From: Candidatus Parcubacteria bacterium | GTDB lineage: Bacteria; Patescibacteriota; Minisyncoccia; Phycocordibacterales; Phycocordibacteraceae | Direction of reading: 5' to 3' | Length of the DNA stretch: 64,000 nucleotides | Assembly: GCA_034666125.1 (NCBI GenBank) | Contig: JAXDML010000010.1 | Location: 150,037 to 214,036 of the forward strand | In this document: piece after piece, positions 18,910-27,842 of the stretch | Layout: every line of letters starts with the position of its first letter | Position numbering within the stretch: the first letter of the stretch is position 1 | Notes under the pieces: model-generated | The model's input: only the letters and a program-made list of their open reading frames with translations | Told to the model about the DNA's origin: nothing | Database searches by the model: none | Program-made: the position numbers and the translations under genes

Positions 18910-20217
18910 ATGAATCGCCTCTTCCGTAATCTCTTCGCCAGCTTCCTTGCCGTCTTCGCGCGGGCGGTGCTTCGAAAATACAGGCCCACGATCGTCATGG
19001 TGACGGGAAGCGTGGGAAAGACCTCCACCCGCGATGCGATCGCCGCCGCGCTCTCCCCGAGCGCGTACGTACGCGCGAGCATAAAGAGCTACAACAACGA
19101 GTTCGGCGTACCGCTCACCGTCCTCGGCGTCGTGAGCCCGGCGAGGAGCATTCCGGGGTGGCTGCACCTGTTCGGGGAGGCGTTCGCGCTCATCTGGCTG
19201 CCGAACGCGTATCCGAAGATCCTGGTGCTCGAGGTCGGGGCCGATCGTCCCGGAGACCTTGCCCGGGTGCTGCGCATCGCGACGCCGGACGCCGTGACGG
19301 TGACCCGCCTGCCCGATATACCGGTGCACGTGGAAGCGTACGCGACGCCCGACGCCGTGCGCGAGGAGGAGTTCCAGCCGGCCTACGCGCTCCGGCCCGG
19401 CGCGCCGCTCATCCTCTCCTGCGACGACCCGTTCGCGATGAAGCTCGCCGCGCCGCTTTCCGCCCGGAAGACATCCTTCGGCTTTGCGGAGAACTCCGAC
19501 ATAAGGCTCGGCGAACCGCGTCTCATGATGGAGGACGGCTATCCGGTCGGCATGGAGGCGGAAGTGACGATATCGGGAGGGACGGGAAGCGGGAAGCATC
19601 GGCTCACCGTGCGCGGTGCCGTAGGCATCCCGCAGCTCCTCGCTCCGGCGGCTGCGCTCGCGACATCGATCGCGCTCGGTTTCAGCCCCAAGGACGCGTT
19701 CAAAGGGCTCGAAGCGTATACGCCGCCACCGGGACGGGCGCGGCTCCTGCGCGGGAAGGAGGGCAGCATCCTGATAGACGATACGTATAACGCCTCACCG
19801 TCGGCCATGGAGGAAGCGCTCGCTACGCTCGCGCTCGTAGCGTGCGCAGTGCCCGCCGCCCGCCGCGTCGCCGTCCTCGGCGATATGCTCGAGCTCGGCC
19901 GCTACTCCAGGGACGAGCACGAGAAGATCGGGAAGCTCGCACGTGAGCGAGTCGACCTCCTCATCACCGTCGGTCCGCGCGCCCGCGCGATAGCGAACGC
20001 CGCTATCGAAGCCGGCATGCCCGATGAGGCCGTGCAGTCCTTCGAGACGTCGGACGAAGCGGCGCCTCAGGTGACCGCCCGCATCGGAGCGGGGGATATC
20101 GTTCTCGTTAAAGGCTCCCAGAGCGTCCGTACGGAGAAGATCGTCGATGCCCTCCTCGCCGACTACGCCGACCGCGAGCTCCTCGTACGGCAGGATAAGG
20201 ATTGGAAGAGGCGCTAG
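18910..20217 (+). CDS. murF: UDP-MurNAc-tripeptide--D-Ala-D-Ala ligase
   Basis: VTGSVGKTST, NNEFGVPLT, DDTYNASP, LGDMLELG, LVKGSQ. Confidence 0.93.
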   Translation: MNRLFRNLFASFLAVFARAVLRKYRPTIVMVTGSVGKTSTRDAIAAALSPSAYVRASIKSYNNEFGVPLTVLGVVSPARSIPGWLHLFGEAFALIWLPNAYPKILVLEVGADRPGDLARVLRIATPDAVTVTRLPDIPVHVEAYATPDAVREEEFQPAYALRPGAPLILSCDDPFAMKLAAPLSARKTSFGFAENSDIRLGEPRLMMEDGYPVGMEAEVTISGGTGSGKHRLTVRGAVGIPQLLAPAAALATSIALGFSPKDAFKGLEAYTPPPGRARLLRGKEGSILIDDTYNASPSAMEEALATLALVACAVPAARRVAVLGDMLELGRYSRDEHEKIGKLARERVDLLITVGPRARAIANAAIEAGMPDEAVQSFETSDEAAPQVTARIGAGDIVLVKGSQSVRTEKIVDALLADYADRELLVRQDKDWKRR

Positions 20218-20259
20218 CGCCCCTCCCTATTTTTTGTTATAAAACCTGGGTCGCCAGAC

Positions 20260-20334
20260 GGCCTCATCGTCTAACGGTTAGGACAGATCCCTCTCACGGA
20301 TCAAATCGGGGTTCGATTCCCCGTGAGGTCACCA
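20260..20334 (+). tRNA. tRNA-Glu(CTC)
   Basis: Cloverleaf GGCCTCA...TGAGGTC-ACCA; anticodon arm GATCC-CT CTC AC-GGATC; T-arm GGTTCGATTCC. Confidence 0.95.
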
Positions 20335-20415
20335 CAGCAGCTTTATCGGTTCTTGGAAGATGCTCCAACCTATAGGGAACTTGCCAATCTGGACCTTCCT
20401 ATGCATCATAATCGT

Positions 20416-21525
20416 ATGACCCTCAAATCACGGGCGGAGGTGCTTGTTGCGCGTGCCGGTATCGAGATTGATGGCCCGAATCCCTGGGATCCTCAGGTCC
20501 ATGATGAGCGCTTGTACGGCCGCGTCATCAAGGAGGGGACGCTCGGGCTCGGAGAAGCGTACATGGACGGGTGGTGGGACGTCCCGAAGCTCGACCAATT
20601 CTTCGAACGGGTGCTCGGTGCGGACCTCGATGAGGACCTGACGCCTTTCCAGCAATGGCTCCGTAGCACCTGGCATAAGCTCTACAACTTCCAGTCGCAG
20701 GCGCGTGCCTTTCAGGTGGGGGAGCAGCACTACGATCTCGGGAACGATCTGTACGAAGGCATGCTCGACAAGCGCCTGGTGTACACCTGCGGGTACTGGA
20801 AGGACTCGAAGACGCTCGACGAGGCTCAGGAGGCGAAACTCGACCTCGTGTGCCGGAAGCTGAACTTCAAGCCAGGGGACCGGGTGCTCGACATCGGCTG
20901 CGGATGGGGGAGCTTCACGAAGTACGCGGCTGAGAAATACGGAGTGGAAGCCGTAGGCATCACGGTCTCGAAGGAGCAGGCGGCGCTCGCACGCGAGCTC
21001 TGTGCGGGGCTCCCGGTCGAGATACGGGTGCAGGACTACCGCGACGTCCGCGAACGTTTCGACCACATCGTGTCCCTCGGCATGTTCGAGCACGTGGGCC
21101 GCAAGAATTACCGCGAATACATGGAGGTCGCGCGCCGCTGCCTTAAGGAGGACGGATTGTTCCTGCTGCACACCATAGGCGGAAACCGCTCGTCATCGCC
21201 CCCGGACGCGTGGATGGACAAGTACATCTTTCCGAATGGAGTGGTGCCCTCGCTTAAGGAAATAGCCAGGGCGATCGAAGGCGTATTCATCATGGAAGAC
21301 TGGCACAACTTCGGTTCCAACTATGACAGGACCCTTATGGCATGGCACGCGAACTTCGAACGCTCGTGGCCGGGACTGCGCGACAAGTACGGCGACCGTT
21401 TCAAGCGCATGTGGGATTACTATCTCCTCCAGTGCGCCGGCGTCTTCCGGGCGCGCAAAAACCAGCTCTGGCAGATCGTGCTGTCGCCGAACGGCGTTCC
21501 GGGCGGGTATACGCCCGTACGATAG
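20416..21525 (+). CDS. cfa: Cyclopropane-fatty-acyl-phospholipid synthase
   Basis: LGLGEAYMDGWWD, HYDLGNDLY, YTCGYW, LDIGCGWG, KYIFPNG. Confidence 0.95.
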   Translation: MTLKSRAEVLVARAGIEIDGPNPWDPQVHDERLYGRVIKEGTLGLGEAYMDGWWDVPKLDQFFERVLGADLDEDLTPFQQWLRSTWHKLYNFQSQARAFQVGEQHYDLGNDLYEGMLDKRLVYTCGYWKDSKTLDEAQEAKLDLVCRKLNFKPGDRVLDIGCGWGSFTKYAAEKYGVEAVGITVSKEQAALARELCAGLPVEIRVQDYRDVRERFDHIVSLGMFEHVGRKNYREYMEVARRCLKEDGLFLLHTIGGNRSSSPPDAWMDKYIFPNGVVPSLKEIARAIEGVFIMEDWHNFGSNYDRTLMAWHANFERSWPGLRDKYGDRFKRMWDYYLLQCAGVFRARKNQLWQIVLSPNGVPGGYTPVR

Positions 21526-21527
21526 CC

Positions 21528-21890
21528 ATGTACGACGATAAGCGCGGTATGGATATGGCGGTACCCGAGCAGATACCCGAAGCCGGCTTCTACTACCACT
21601 ACAAGCACGATCCGGAAGGACCGGAAGAGAACTATGCGTACGAGCTTCTTGCCGTAGGACACCATACCGAAGAAGATTCTCGTCCGGAGGACAAGTTCCT
21701 CGCGGTCTATCGTCCCCTGTACGAGTCGGCACTCGTGTACCGGCTCGGACGCATGTACGACGTGCGTCCCCTCGGCATGTTCATGGAACCGGTCACCCGG
21801 GACGGGAAGGAGCAGCCGCGCTTTTCGCGCGTCACCGATCCGGAACTCATCGGGCGGTTGGAGGAGCGACGCGATCGTATGTATCCCTAG
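21528..21890 (+). CDS. DUF1653-like protein
   Basis: YYHYK...YELLAVGHHTE...VYRPLY...VRPLGMFME...RF. Confidence 0.75.
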   Translation: MYDDKRGMDMAVPEQIPEAGFYYHYKHDPEGPEENYAYELLAVGHHTEEDSRPEDKFLAVYRPLYESALVYRLGRMYDVRPLGMFMEPVTRDGKEQPRFSRVTDPELIGRLEERRDRMYP

Positions 21891-22699
21891 AACGACCTCG
21901 TCCAGAGACGGAACGGACCCAATTTCGCGTACGTGCCGATCTTCGTACGCTTGATGGAAAGCGCGAACCCATGCGTGCCGAGCTCCTTCGCGATGCGGGC
22001 GGCGAGCGTGCGCATATACGTGCCCGATCCGCAGGCGACGCGGAGCTTGAGGACGGTGAACTCGCGTTCCGGCATATGCTCGAACAGCACGCGCCAGCCA
22101 GCCCGGATGACATCCTGGCGGAAGTCGGCGCCGAGGGCCTTGCTTGCCTCGTCGCTGCGCGGCACATCCCTGAGCGCGACCGTGATGCGTTCCAGGAGGT
22201 CCGCGGGAGAGTACGTTCTTGTCTTAAGAAGCCTTATGCGATACACGGTCTCGTCGTGCTCGGGCATCCGGATCGTATCGAGCGTCCCTTCGAGCGCGTA
22301 CATAAAAAGCGACTTTCCGCCGACGGTCTTCGAGGAGAAGGCGGGATAGGGAACGCGATGCGTGCCCAGGACGGTGGTGAACGCTTCCCGGACACGCGCC
22401 CGCTCCGGATGCGTCTCCGTGGTGTCGTATGAAGGGATGCCGAGTGCGTCGCCCGTATCGGTCGCAAGGTCGAGGACGATCTCTATCGCGTACTCCTTAT
22501 CCAGTCCCGTATACGATTCCTGTTTCTTGCACTCGTCGCCGAGGAGCACGAGCAGTTTCCCGCTCGCCATGGGATCGAGGCGCCCGGCATATGACGCGAG
22601 CAGGGAAGCGTATGCGGGATTCTCAAGCCGCCATTTCTCCACCGCCTGAAGCGGCGTCTCACCCGGTTCCTTATGGATGACGGCGTAACGGGGTGCCAC
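21887..22699 (-). CDS. truB: tRNA pseudouridine synthase B-like
   Basis: KEPGET, YAGRLDPMASG, KEY, TDTGD, CGSGTYMRTL. Confidence 0.85.
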   Translation of the reverse strand: MAPRYAVIHKEPGETPLQAVEKWRLENPAYASLLASYAGRLDPMASGKLLVLLGDECKKQESYTGLDKEYAIEIVLDLATDTGDALGIPSYDTTETHPERARVREAFTTVLGTHRVPYPAFSSKTVGGKSLFMYALEGTLDTIRMPEHDETVYRIRLLKTRTYSPADLLERITVALRDVPRSDEASKALGADFRQDVIRAGWRVLFEHMPEREFTVLKLRVACGSGTYMRTLAARIAKELGTHGFALSIKRTKIGTYAKLGPFRLWTRSF

Positions 22700-23154
22700 T
22701 AGGAAAGCAGGGAATCCACCACCTCTTTCACCGCGCCGCCGTCCGCCTTGCCCTTGAGCTCCTGCATGACCGCACCCGTGAGCTTTCCGGCTCCGGACTT
22801 GTCCGTAACTCCGAGAGCGGCGATCTTTGCCTTCACCACCGCCTCTATCTCCTCACGCGGCATCTGGGCAGGAAGAAGCTCCTCGATGATGGAGAGCTCG
22901 ATCTTCTCTGTTTCAGCAAGTTCCGGACGGCCGCCGTTCTCGTACTGCTGAATGGAGTCCTTCCGCTGGTTAGAAGCCCGCTTAATGACGGCAAGCGCTT
23001 CTTCGTCGGTGAGGAACTCGTCGGGCTTGCGCTTCTTCGCGACGACCTCGTTGGTCATCATGGTGACGAGGGAGCGGTACGTGGTGAGGCGGACGGTATC
23101 CTTGGCGCGCATAGCGTCCGGGATGCCGGCCTTGATGGTTTCGTGAATGGTCAT
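22699..23154 (-). CDS. GatB/YqeY domain protein
   Basis: AMRAKD, QRKDSIQQY, E..IIEELLP, KGKADGG. Confidence 0.9.
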   Translation of the reverse strand: MTIHETIKAGIPDAMRAKDTVRLTTYRSLVTMMTNEVVAKKRKPDEFLTDEEALAVIKRASNQRKDSIQQYENGGRPELAETEKIELSIIEELLPAQMPREEIEAVVKAKIAALGVTDKSGAGKLTGAVMQELKGKADGGAVKEVVDSLLS

Positions 23155-23201
23155 GATGGAGCGATTTTAGCACGGGAAATAGTCGCGTTATAATAAGCGA
23201 T

Positions 23202-24263
23202 ATGGACCCGCTCGTCATAGCCATCATCGTGCTGACGCTTATCTTTTTCCAGACGCTCGGCCTCTGGTTCATCCTCAAGCGACAGGGGAAGTTACGAGAA
23301 GCGCCTCAGGACAGCGACAGCGGCCTTATGCTCCTCCAGAAGCAGATTCAGAACATGGAGTCGGCGCTCGACTCCCGTATGAACGAGTCCTCTCGCAATG
23401 TGAACGAGACCATGCGCTCGCAGCTCGGCGAGTCGGCGAAGCTTATCCGCGAGATCACGGCCGAGATCACGAGCGTGAAGGAGATAGGGCGCGAGACCGG
23501 AAAGTTCGCTGAGCAGTTGAAGTCCCTCCAGGACATCCTGAAGAACCCGAAGCAGCGCGGCATCCTGGGCGAGTACTACCTCGAGACCGTCCTCAAGAAC
23601 GTGCTCCCGCCCGGCATGTACCAGATGCAGTACCCGTTCCCGAACGGGGAGATCGTTGACGCCGCGGTTTTCGTGAACGATAAGATCGTGCCGATCGACT
23701 CGAAGTTTTCATTAGATAACTACAACCGCCTCGTGCACGCCGAAGGTCCGGAGCGCGCGGTCCTCGAGAAAGCCTTCGTGAACGACCTGAAGCTCCGCAT
23801 CACCGAGACCGCGAAATACATCCGACCGGAGGAAGGCACGATGGACTTCGCCTTCATGTTCATTCCTTCCGAAGGCATCTACTACGACCTCCTCACCAAC
23901 CAGGTGGGCGCAGGGGAGGACGAGAACCTCATCCAGCGCGCGGCCGGGAAGCACAAGGTCATCATCGTCTCGCCGACCTCCTTCCTCGCCTACCTTCAAA
24001 CGGTCATGCAGGGGCTGAAAGCGCTGCAGATCGAGAAGCAGGCCGAGGAGATACAGAAACGCGTGGGGGAACTCGGGAAGCACCTGACCAGCTACGAGGA
24101 CTACTATAAGAAGCTCGGGAATGCGCTCGGTACCGCGGTCTCCCACTACAACAGCGGATACAAGGAGCTCGGAAAGGTGGAGAAGGACGTATATCGCATC
24201 GCGAAGGAGAAGATGGAGCTCGATGTGGAGTTGCTCGAGAAGCCGGGAATGCGGGAAGAATAA
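23202..24263 (+). CDS. rmuC: DNA recombination protein RmuC
   Basis: NPKQRGILGE, PIDSKF, DFAFMFIPSEGIY, VSPTSF. Confidence 0.92.
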   Translation: MDPLVIAIIVLTLIFFQTLGLWFILKRQGKLREAPQDSDSGLMLLQKQIQNMESALDSRMNESSRNVNETMRSQLGESAKLIREITAEITSVKEIGRETGKFAEQLKSLQDILKNPKQRGILGEYYLETVLKNVLPPGMYQMQYPFPNGEIVDAAVFVNDKIVPIDSKFSLDNYNRLVHAEGPERAVLEKAFVNDLKLRITETAKYIRPEEGTMDFAFMFIPSEGIYYDLLTNQVGAGEDENLIQRAAGKHKVIIVSPTSFLAYLQTVMQGLKALQIEKQAEEIQKRVGELGKHLTSYEDYYKKLGNALGTAVSHYNSGYKELGKVEKDVYRIAKEKMELDVELLEKPGMREE

Positions 24264-24313
24264 AAAAACGCCGCCCCCTTTCGGAAGCGGCGCGACACCG
24301 GATTGGCGTCAGG

Positions 24314-25198
24314 CTAGAAGCGGACTTGGAACCTGGCCAGGATCTCGCCGCGGGAGGTCACGTCCCCGATCAGCTGGAACCGGTCGTGGTTGAACCGAAC
24401 GCCGACCGTCGCGAGGAACGGATCCTCGGCGCCGTGCTGATAGTCGAGCTGCACGTGCGGCTCGACCCCGTTCCCCACCCGGTAGCTGTAGAACGCAAAC
24501 CCGCCGGTGACGGGCCGATCGCCGAAGGTCTTGTAGACGGCCGCGTTCAGCAGGTGGCGTTCGGTCGGCCGCCAGGTGACGTCGCCAGCGAAGCGCTGAA
24601 AGTCGCCCGACACCTGGTAGGTGCCGCCGACCTGCAGCCTCTCGTTCACGTCGTAGGTGAGCCGGCCGGAGCTTTCGATCCCATTGAAGCTTTTGCTTTC
24701 GTTGAAGCGGGAGCGGCTGTTGGCGGTGACGTCCGCGACCAGGTTCACGCCGTCGCCGACGCGCGCCTGGATCTGCACCCCCCACGCGAAAGCGGAGAAG
24801 GGTGTCCGCATGTAATCGGCGGTTCGGAGCAGGAACGGGGGCGGCGTGACCATCGGCGCGGCCAGGAACAGGCGGCCGGCCCGGACGGTCACGTTCTCGG
24901 AAGGCGTGTAGGTCACGTAGGCCTGCCGGAGCCAATTCTGGTCGCCGTCCAGGCCGCGGGTCACGTCGAACTCGACAAAGGCGTCAAACGGCGTTTCGGT
25001 CTCGACGGTGACCCGGAGGCGCGCCATGCTGAGCAGCTCGTCCTCGCGGTCGGTGCCGATGGTGGTCCACGTCCAGCCGTGAGGCCTGATGTCGATGCTG
25101 CCGACCTCGATCGTCGGGATGACGGGATCCGGATTCTGGGCGTTCGCGGTCGAAGCGAGTCCGAACGCGAACAAGGGCGCAAGTAACAAGGTCCTCAT
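24314..25198 (-). CDS. Porin-like beta-barrel protein with signal peptide
   Basis: Signal peptide ending ANA|Q, alternating amphipathic strands (ARLRVTV, LRQAYVTY, VTVRAGR, WGVQI), C-terminal ARFQVRF. Confidence 0.65.
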   Translation of the reverse strand: MRTLLLAPLFAFGLASTANAQNPDPVIPTIEVGSIDIRPHGWTWTTIGTDREDELLSMARLRVTVETETPFDAFVEFDVTRGLDGDQNWLRQAYVTYTPSENVTVRAGRLFLAAPMVTPPPFLLRTADYMRTPFSAFAWGVQIQARVGDGVNLVADVTANSRSRFNESKSFNGIESSGRLTYDVNERLQVGGTYQVSGDFQRFAGDVTWRPTERHLLNAAVYKTFGDRPVTGGFAFYSYRVGNGVEPHVQLDYQHGAEDPFLATVGVRFNHDRFQLIGDVTSRGEILARFQVRF

Positions 25199-25347
25199 GG
25201 GTTCTCTCCCCCAAGGGTGGACGTCTGAAGACGTGAAGAGCGGATGCCCTCTAAAATGAATTATATACACAATTTTTACGTCTTGTCAAGGATGCATCGT
25301 GGCCAGGCATTGCTTTTATGCAAAGAAACCCGTAAGATAGCCCCTAT

Positions 25348-25680
25348 ATGGAATTCGCGGTCATCAAGACGGGCGGGAAGCAGTACGTCGTCGCCCCGGG
25401 CGATGTCGTCACCATCGAGAAGCTCGGCAGCCGCTCGAAAACCGAACCCCTCAAGAAAGGGGACTCCGTGACCTTCTCCGAGGTGCTTCTCGTCGATAAC
25501 GGCAAGGATACGACCATCGGCGTTCCCACCATCTCCGGTGCCGCAGTCATGGGGACCGTACAGGTCGTCGGCCGCGCCCCTAAGGTCGAGGTCGTGAAGT
25601 ACAAGGCCAAGAGCCGGTACCTGAAGCGACGCGGCCACCGCCAGCCGTACATCAAAGTGAAGATCGACAAGATCAAGTAG
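25348..25680 (+). CDS. rplU: 50S ribosomal protein L21
   Basis: FAVIKTGGKQY, GHRQPY. Confidence 0.97.
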   Translation: MEFAVIKTGGKQYVVAPGDVVTIEKLGSRSKTEPLKKGDSVTFSEVLLVDNGKDTTIGVPTISGAAVMGTVQVVGRAPKVEVVKYKAKSRYLKRRGHRQPYIKVKIDKIK

Positions 25681-25704
25681 AAACCGTCCCGAAAGGACGG
25701 TTTC
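25680..25704 (+). terminator. Terminator hairpin after rplU
   Basis: GAAACCGTCC-cgaaa-GGACGGTTTC. Confidence 0.65.
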
Positions 25705-25726
25705 TTGCTGTGCTACCCTATATCCC

Positions 25727-26695
25727 ATGCCAAATCCTGAATTTCTCCAACCGAATCCCACAGGAAAGCCCCCGGTTCCGCCAGTCCTTGCTTCAGTCGA
25801 CGATTTCCTCGACAGTCAGGAGATATACACGCGCTTGAAGCGTCTTCCTCCGGAACTTCGTGCCCGGCACCTGGAGCGGATAACGATTATGGAAGAAGCA
25901 GAAGATGCGGACGACATTGCCATCGTCGCCTACCTCGACGGCATCCTCGAAAAGCGCAAGGAGGCCATGCAGGAGTCAGTAGTGAGCGACCCTTCCATAC
26001 AGGAATACTTCGGACGGCACGCCGAGGAGATCTGGAAGGAGATCGAGACGGATGTCTTTAACGATGCCGACTCGCTCCTTGGCCGCGGACAGACCGCTCG
26101 CGTCATGCGCTACGAGCTTGACAACCCGAGCGAAGACTTCTCAGCCAAGTTCGCGGTCAAGTACCTCGTCACGCCCTCCGAGAAGACCCTCTCGGCAAGC
26201 GGTGAGCATGACCTCCTTATGGAAGTCGAGCGGATAGAGCAGATCGAGCGGGCCGAGGCAATGCGCGCCGACGAGGTAAAGCATTTCCGCGTCCCACATC
26301 CTTACTTCCACCACCAGCGGGGCGAGCTCCAGTGCTATGGAATGGAACTTGTCGATGGACTCGACCTTCAGCAATATGTCGACGGAAAGGGCGATGAAAA
26401 AACGCGCTCTGATATCAGAGCAGCGCTTCACGGCATTAACCGTGAAGCGCTTTTCCGCGAAGTTGATATTTTTTTCAGTGTCATGCATACCATCTGCCTC
26501 CATGGCGACATGCTGAAATTGGGTAACCTGATGGTCAATCGCGAAGGGCGTTTCTATGTCATCGACTTCGGCCAATCCGTACTTGCGAACGATATCGACG
26601 AGAAGTCGCAGGAAAGCTTCGGGAACCTCAAAGAGGATGAGATCCGGAATACCAAACTCCTCCTTACGCAGTTCCTGAACGCCCTCGAAGCCTAA
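25727..26695 (+). CDS. Protein kinase-like protein
   Basis: LLGRGQTARV, FAVKY, MELVDG, HGD...GN, VIDFG. Confidence 0.75.
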   Translation: MPNPEFLQPNPTGKPPVPPVLASVDDFLDSQEIYTRLKRLPPELRARHLERITIMEEAEDADDIAIVAYLDGILEKRKEAMQESVVSDPSIQEYFGRHAEEIWKEIETDVFNDADSLLGRGQTARVMRYELDNPSEDFSAKFAVKYLVTPSEKTLSASGEHDLLMEVERIEQIERAEAMRADEVKHFRVPHPYFHHQRGELQCYGMELVDGLDLQQYVDGKGDEKTRSDIRAALHGINREALFREVDIFFSVMHTICLHGDMLKLGNLMVNREGRFYVIDFGQSVLANDIDEKSQESFGNLKEDEIRNTKLLLTQFLNALEA

Positions 26696-27291
26696 GTCTC
26701 CTTGCGATTCTGTAAGGCCGCCGAGAGGGTGGTGGAGTCGGCGTACTCGAGCTCGGAACCGGTGGCGAGGCCGCGGCCGAGCGCGTAGAAGCGTAGATGG
26801 CCGCGCAGCGGCTGCAGGAGCCCCCGGATGTGGTCGGCGGTGTGTTCGCCCTCGCTCGTCGCGGACAGCGCGAGCACGATCTCCGTGAGAACGCCCTGAG
26901 CGCCTTTTTCCACCCGGTTCACTAATTCTTTTTCACGTATCGCGCCTTTGCCGGAAAGGGTGAGGGAGCCGCCGAGCACGAAATACCGGCCCTTGTAGCT
27001 TCCGGAGCGCTCGACCGCGAGGAGATCCTGGTCTTTCTCGACGAGCATAAGCTGGGCGTCGTCGCGCGACGGATCGCTGCAGTACGTGCACATGGCGGCC
27101 TTGCCGCTCCAGAAGCGCATGCATTCGGAACACTGCCTGACGTCCTCAGAGAGGCGGGAGATAAGCTCGGAGAGCTTCGAGCGGTCGCTCTGCGTGCGTG
27201 CAAGGAGATAGTACACGAAGCGCTTCGCCTGCCGCGGCCCGATGCCCGGAAAACGCTCGAAGGCGTGCGCAAGATCCTCGACTCTATCCAT
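26692..27291 (-). CDS. recR: Recombination protein RecR
   Basis: FPGIGPRQAKR, C4 zinc finger, YFVLGG, EGEHTA, ELEYAD. Confidence 0.95.
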   Translation of the reverse strand: MDRVEDLAHAFERFPGIGPRQAKRFVYYLLARTQSDRSKLSELISRLSEDVRQCSECMRFWSGKAAMCTYCSDPSRDDAQLMLVEKDQDLLAVERSGSYKGRYFVLGGSLTLSGKGAIREKELVNRVEKGAQGVLTEIVLALSATSEGEHTADHIRGLLQPLRGHLRFYALGRGLATGSELEYADSTTLSAALQNRKET

Positions 27292-27347
27292 ATCATTAAC
27301 AATACTAAGCCGTACAAGGTATGTCCAAGTCCCGTTGTCTGAAGGAC

Positions 27348-27375
27348 TTGACAACGGGGGGGGGGGGGGTACATT
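27348..27375 (+). promoter_or_regulatory. sigma70 promoter with G14 homopolymer spacer
   Basis: TTGACA-AC(G)14-TACATT, spacer 16 bp. Confidence 0.7.
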
Positions 27376-27420
27376 CGATGTGGACGAAGTGTCCGAGCCA
27401 ATAACCTGGGGAGACCTGAG

Positions 27421-27747
27421 ATGAGCCTGCAACCGATGCCGCTTCCGCCAACCGCCCTCGAGCCTTCGGGCATCAACGACATCATGGTCGCGCTCGAGCG
27501 CATCGAGCCGGGCCAGCTCGTCGTCTACCATCGCGGTCGCCTCGCCGTCGATCGCATCGACGACGAGAGGCTCGAGCCCGAAGAGAGGGGGCATCGCAGG
27601 GAAATCGCCCTGATCGCTACGCGCGCCCACGAGATGGCAACCGAGGACCGTCCGCGGATTCACCTGACGCAATTCAGGATGGATCACGGCAACTTCGCCT
27701 ATGTCGCCACCGGCGCGGCGGGATGCGATCGCCGCCTCTACAACTAG
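27421..27747 (+). CDS. Hypothetical protein, phage-like
   Basis: GGGGAG SD; YHRGRLAVDR...IHLTQFR...FAYVA recalls small alphaproteobacterial prophage proteins. Confidence 0.6.
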   Translation: MSLQPMPLPPTALEPSGINDIMVALERIEPGQLVVYHRGRLAVDRIDDERLEPEERGHRREIALIATRAHEMATEDRPRIHLTQFRMDHGNFAYVATGAAGCDRRLYN

Positions 27748-27842
27748 ACGCCAAGGTTTCCGGGGAGCTACCTTCGAACGCTCCCCACAGCACCGCCACG
27801 GATTCTACATCGTGGCGGTCTACTTTTATACTTTGTAATCAA

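Noticed and set aside
26692-27687. ORF-track N-terminal extensions of recR (also proS, lysA, metK, pyrF, corA, cfa)
   Set aside because: Homology begins at downstream ATGs; the extensions overlap promoters, RNAs or other genes
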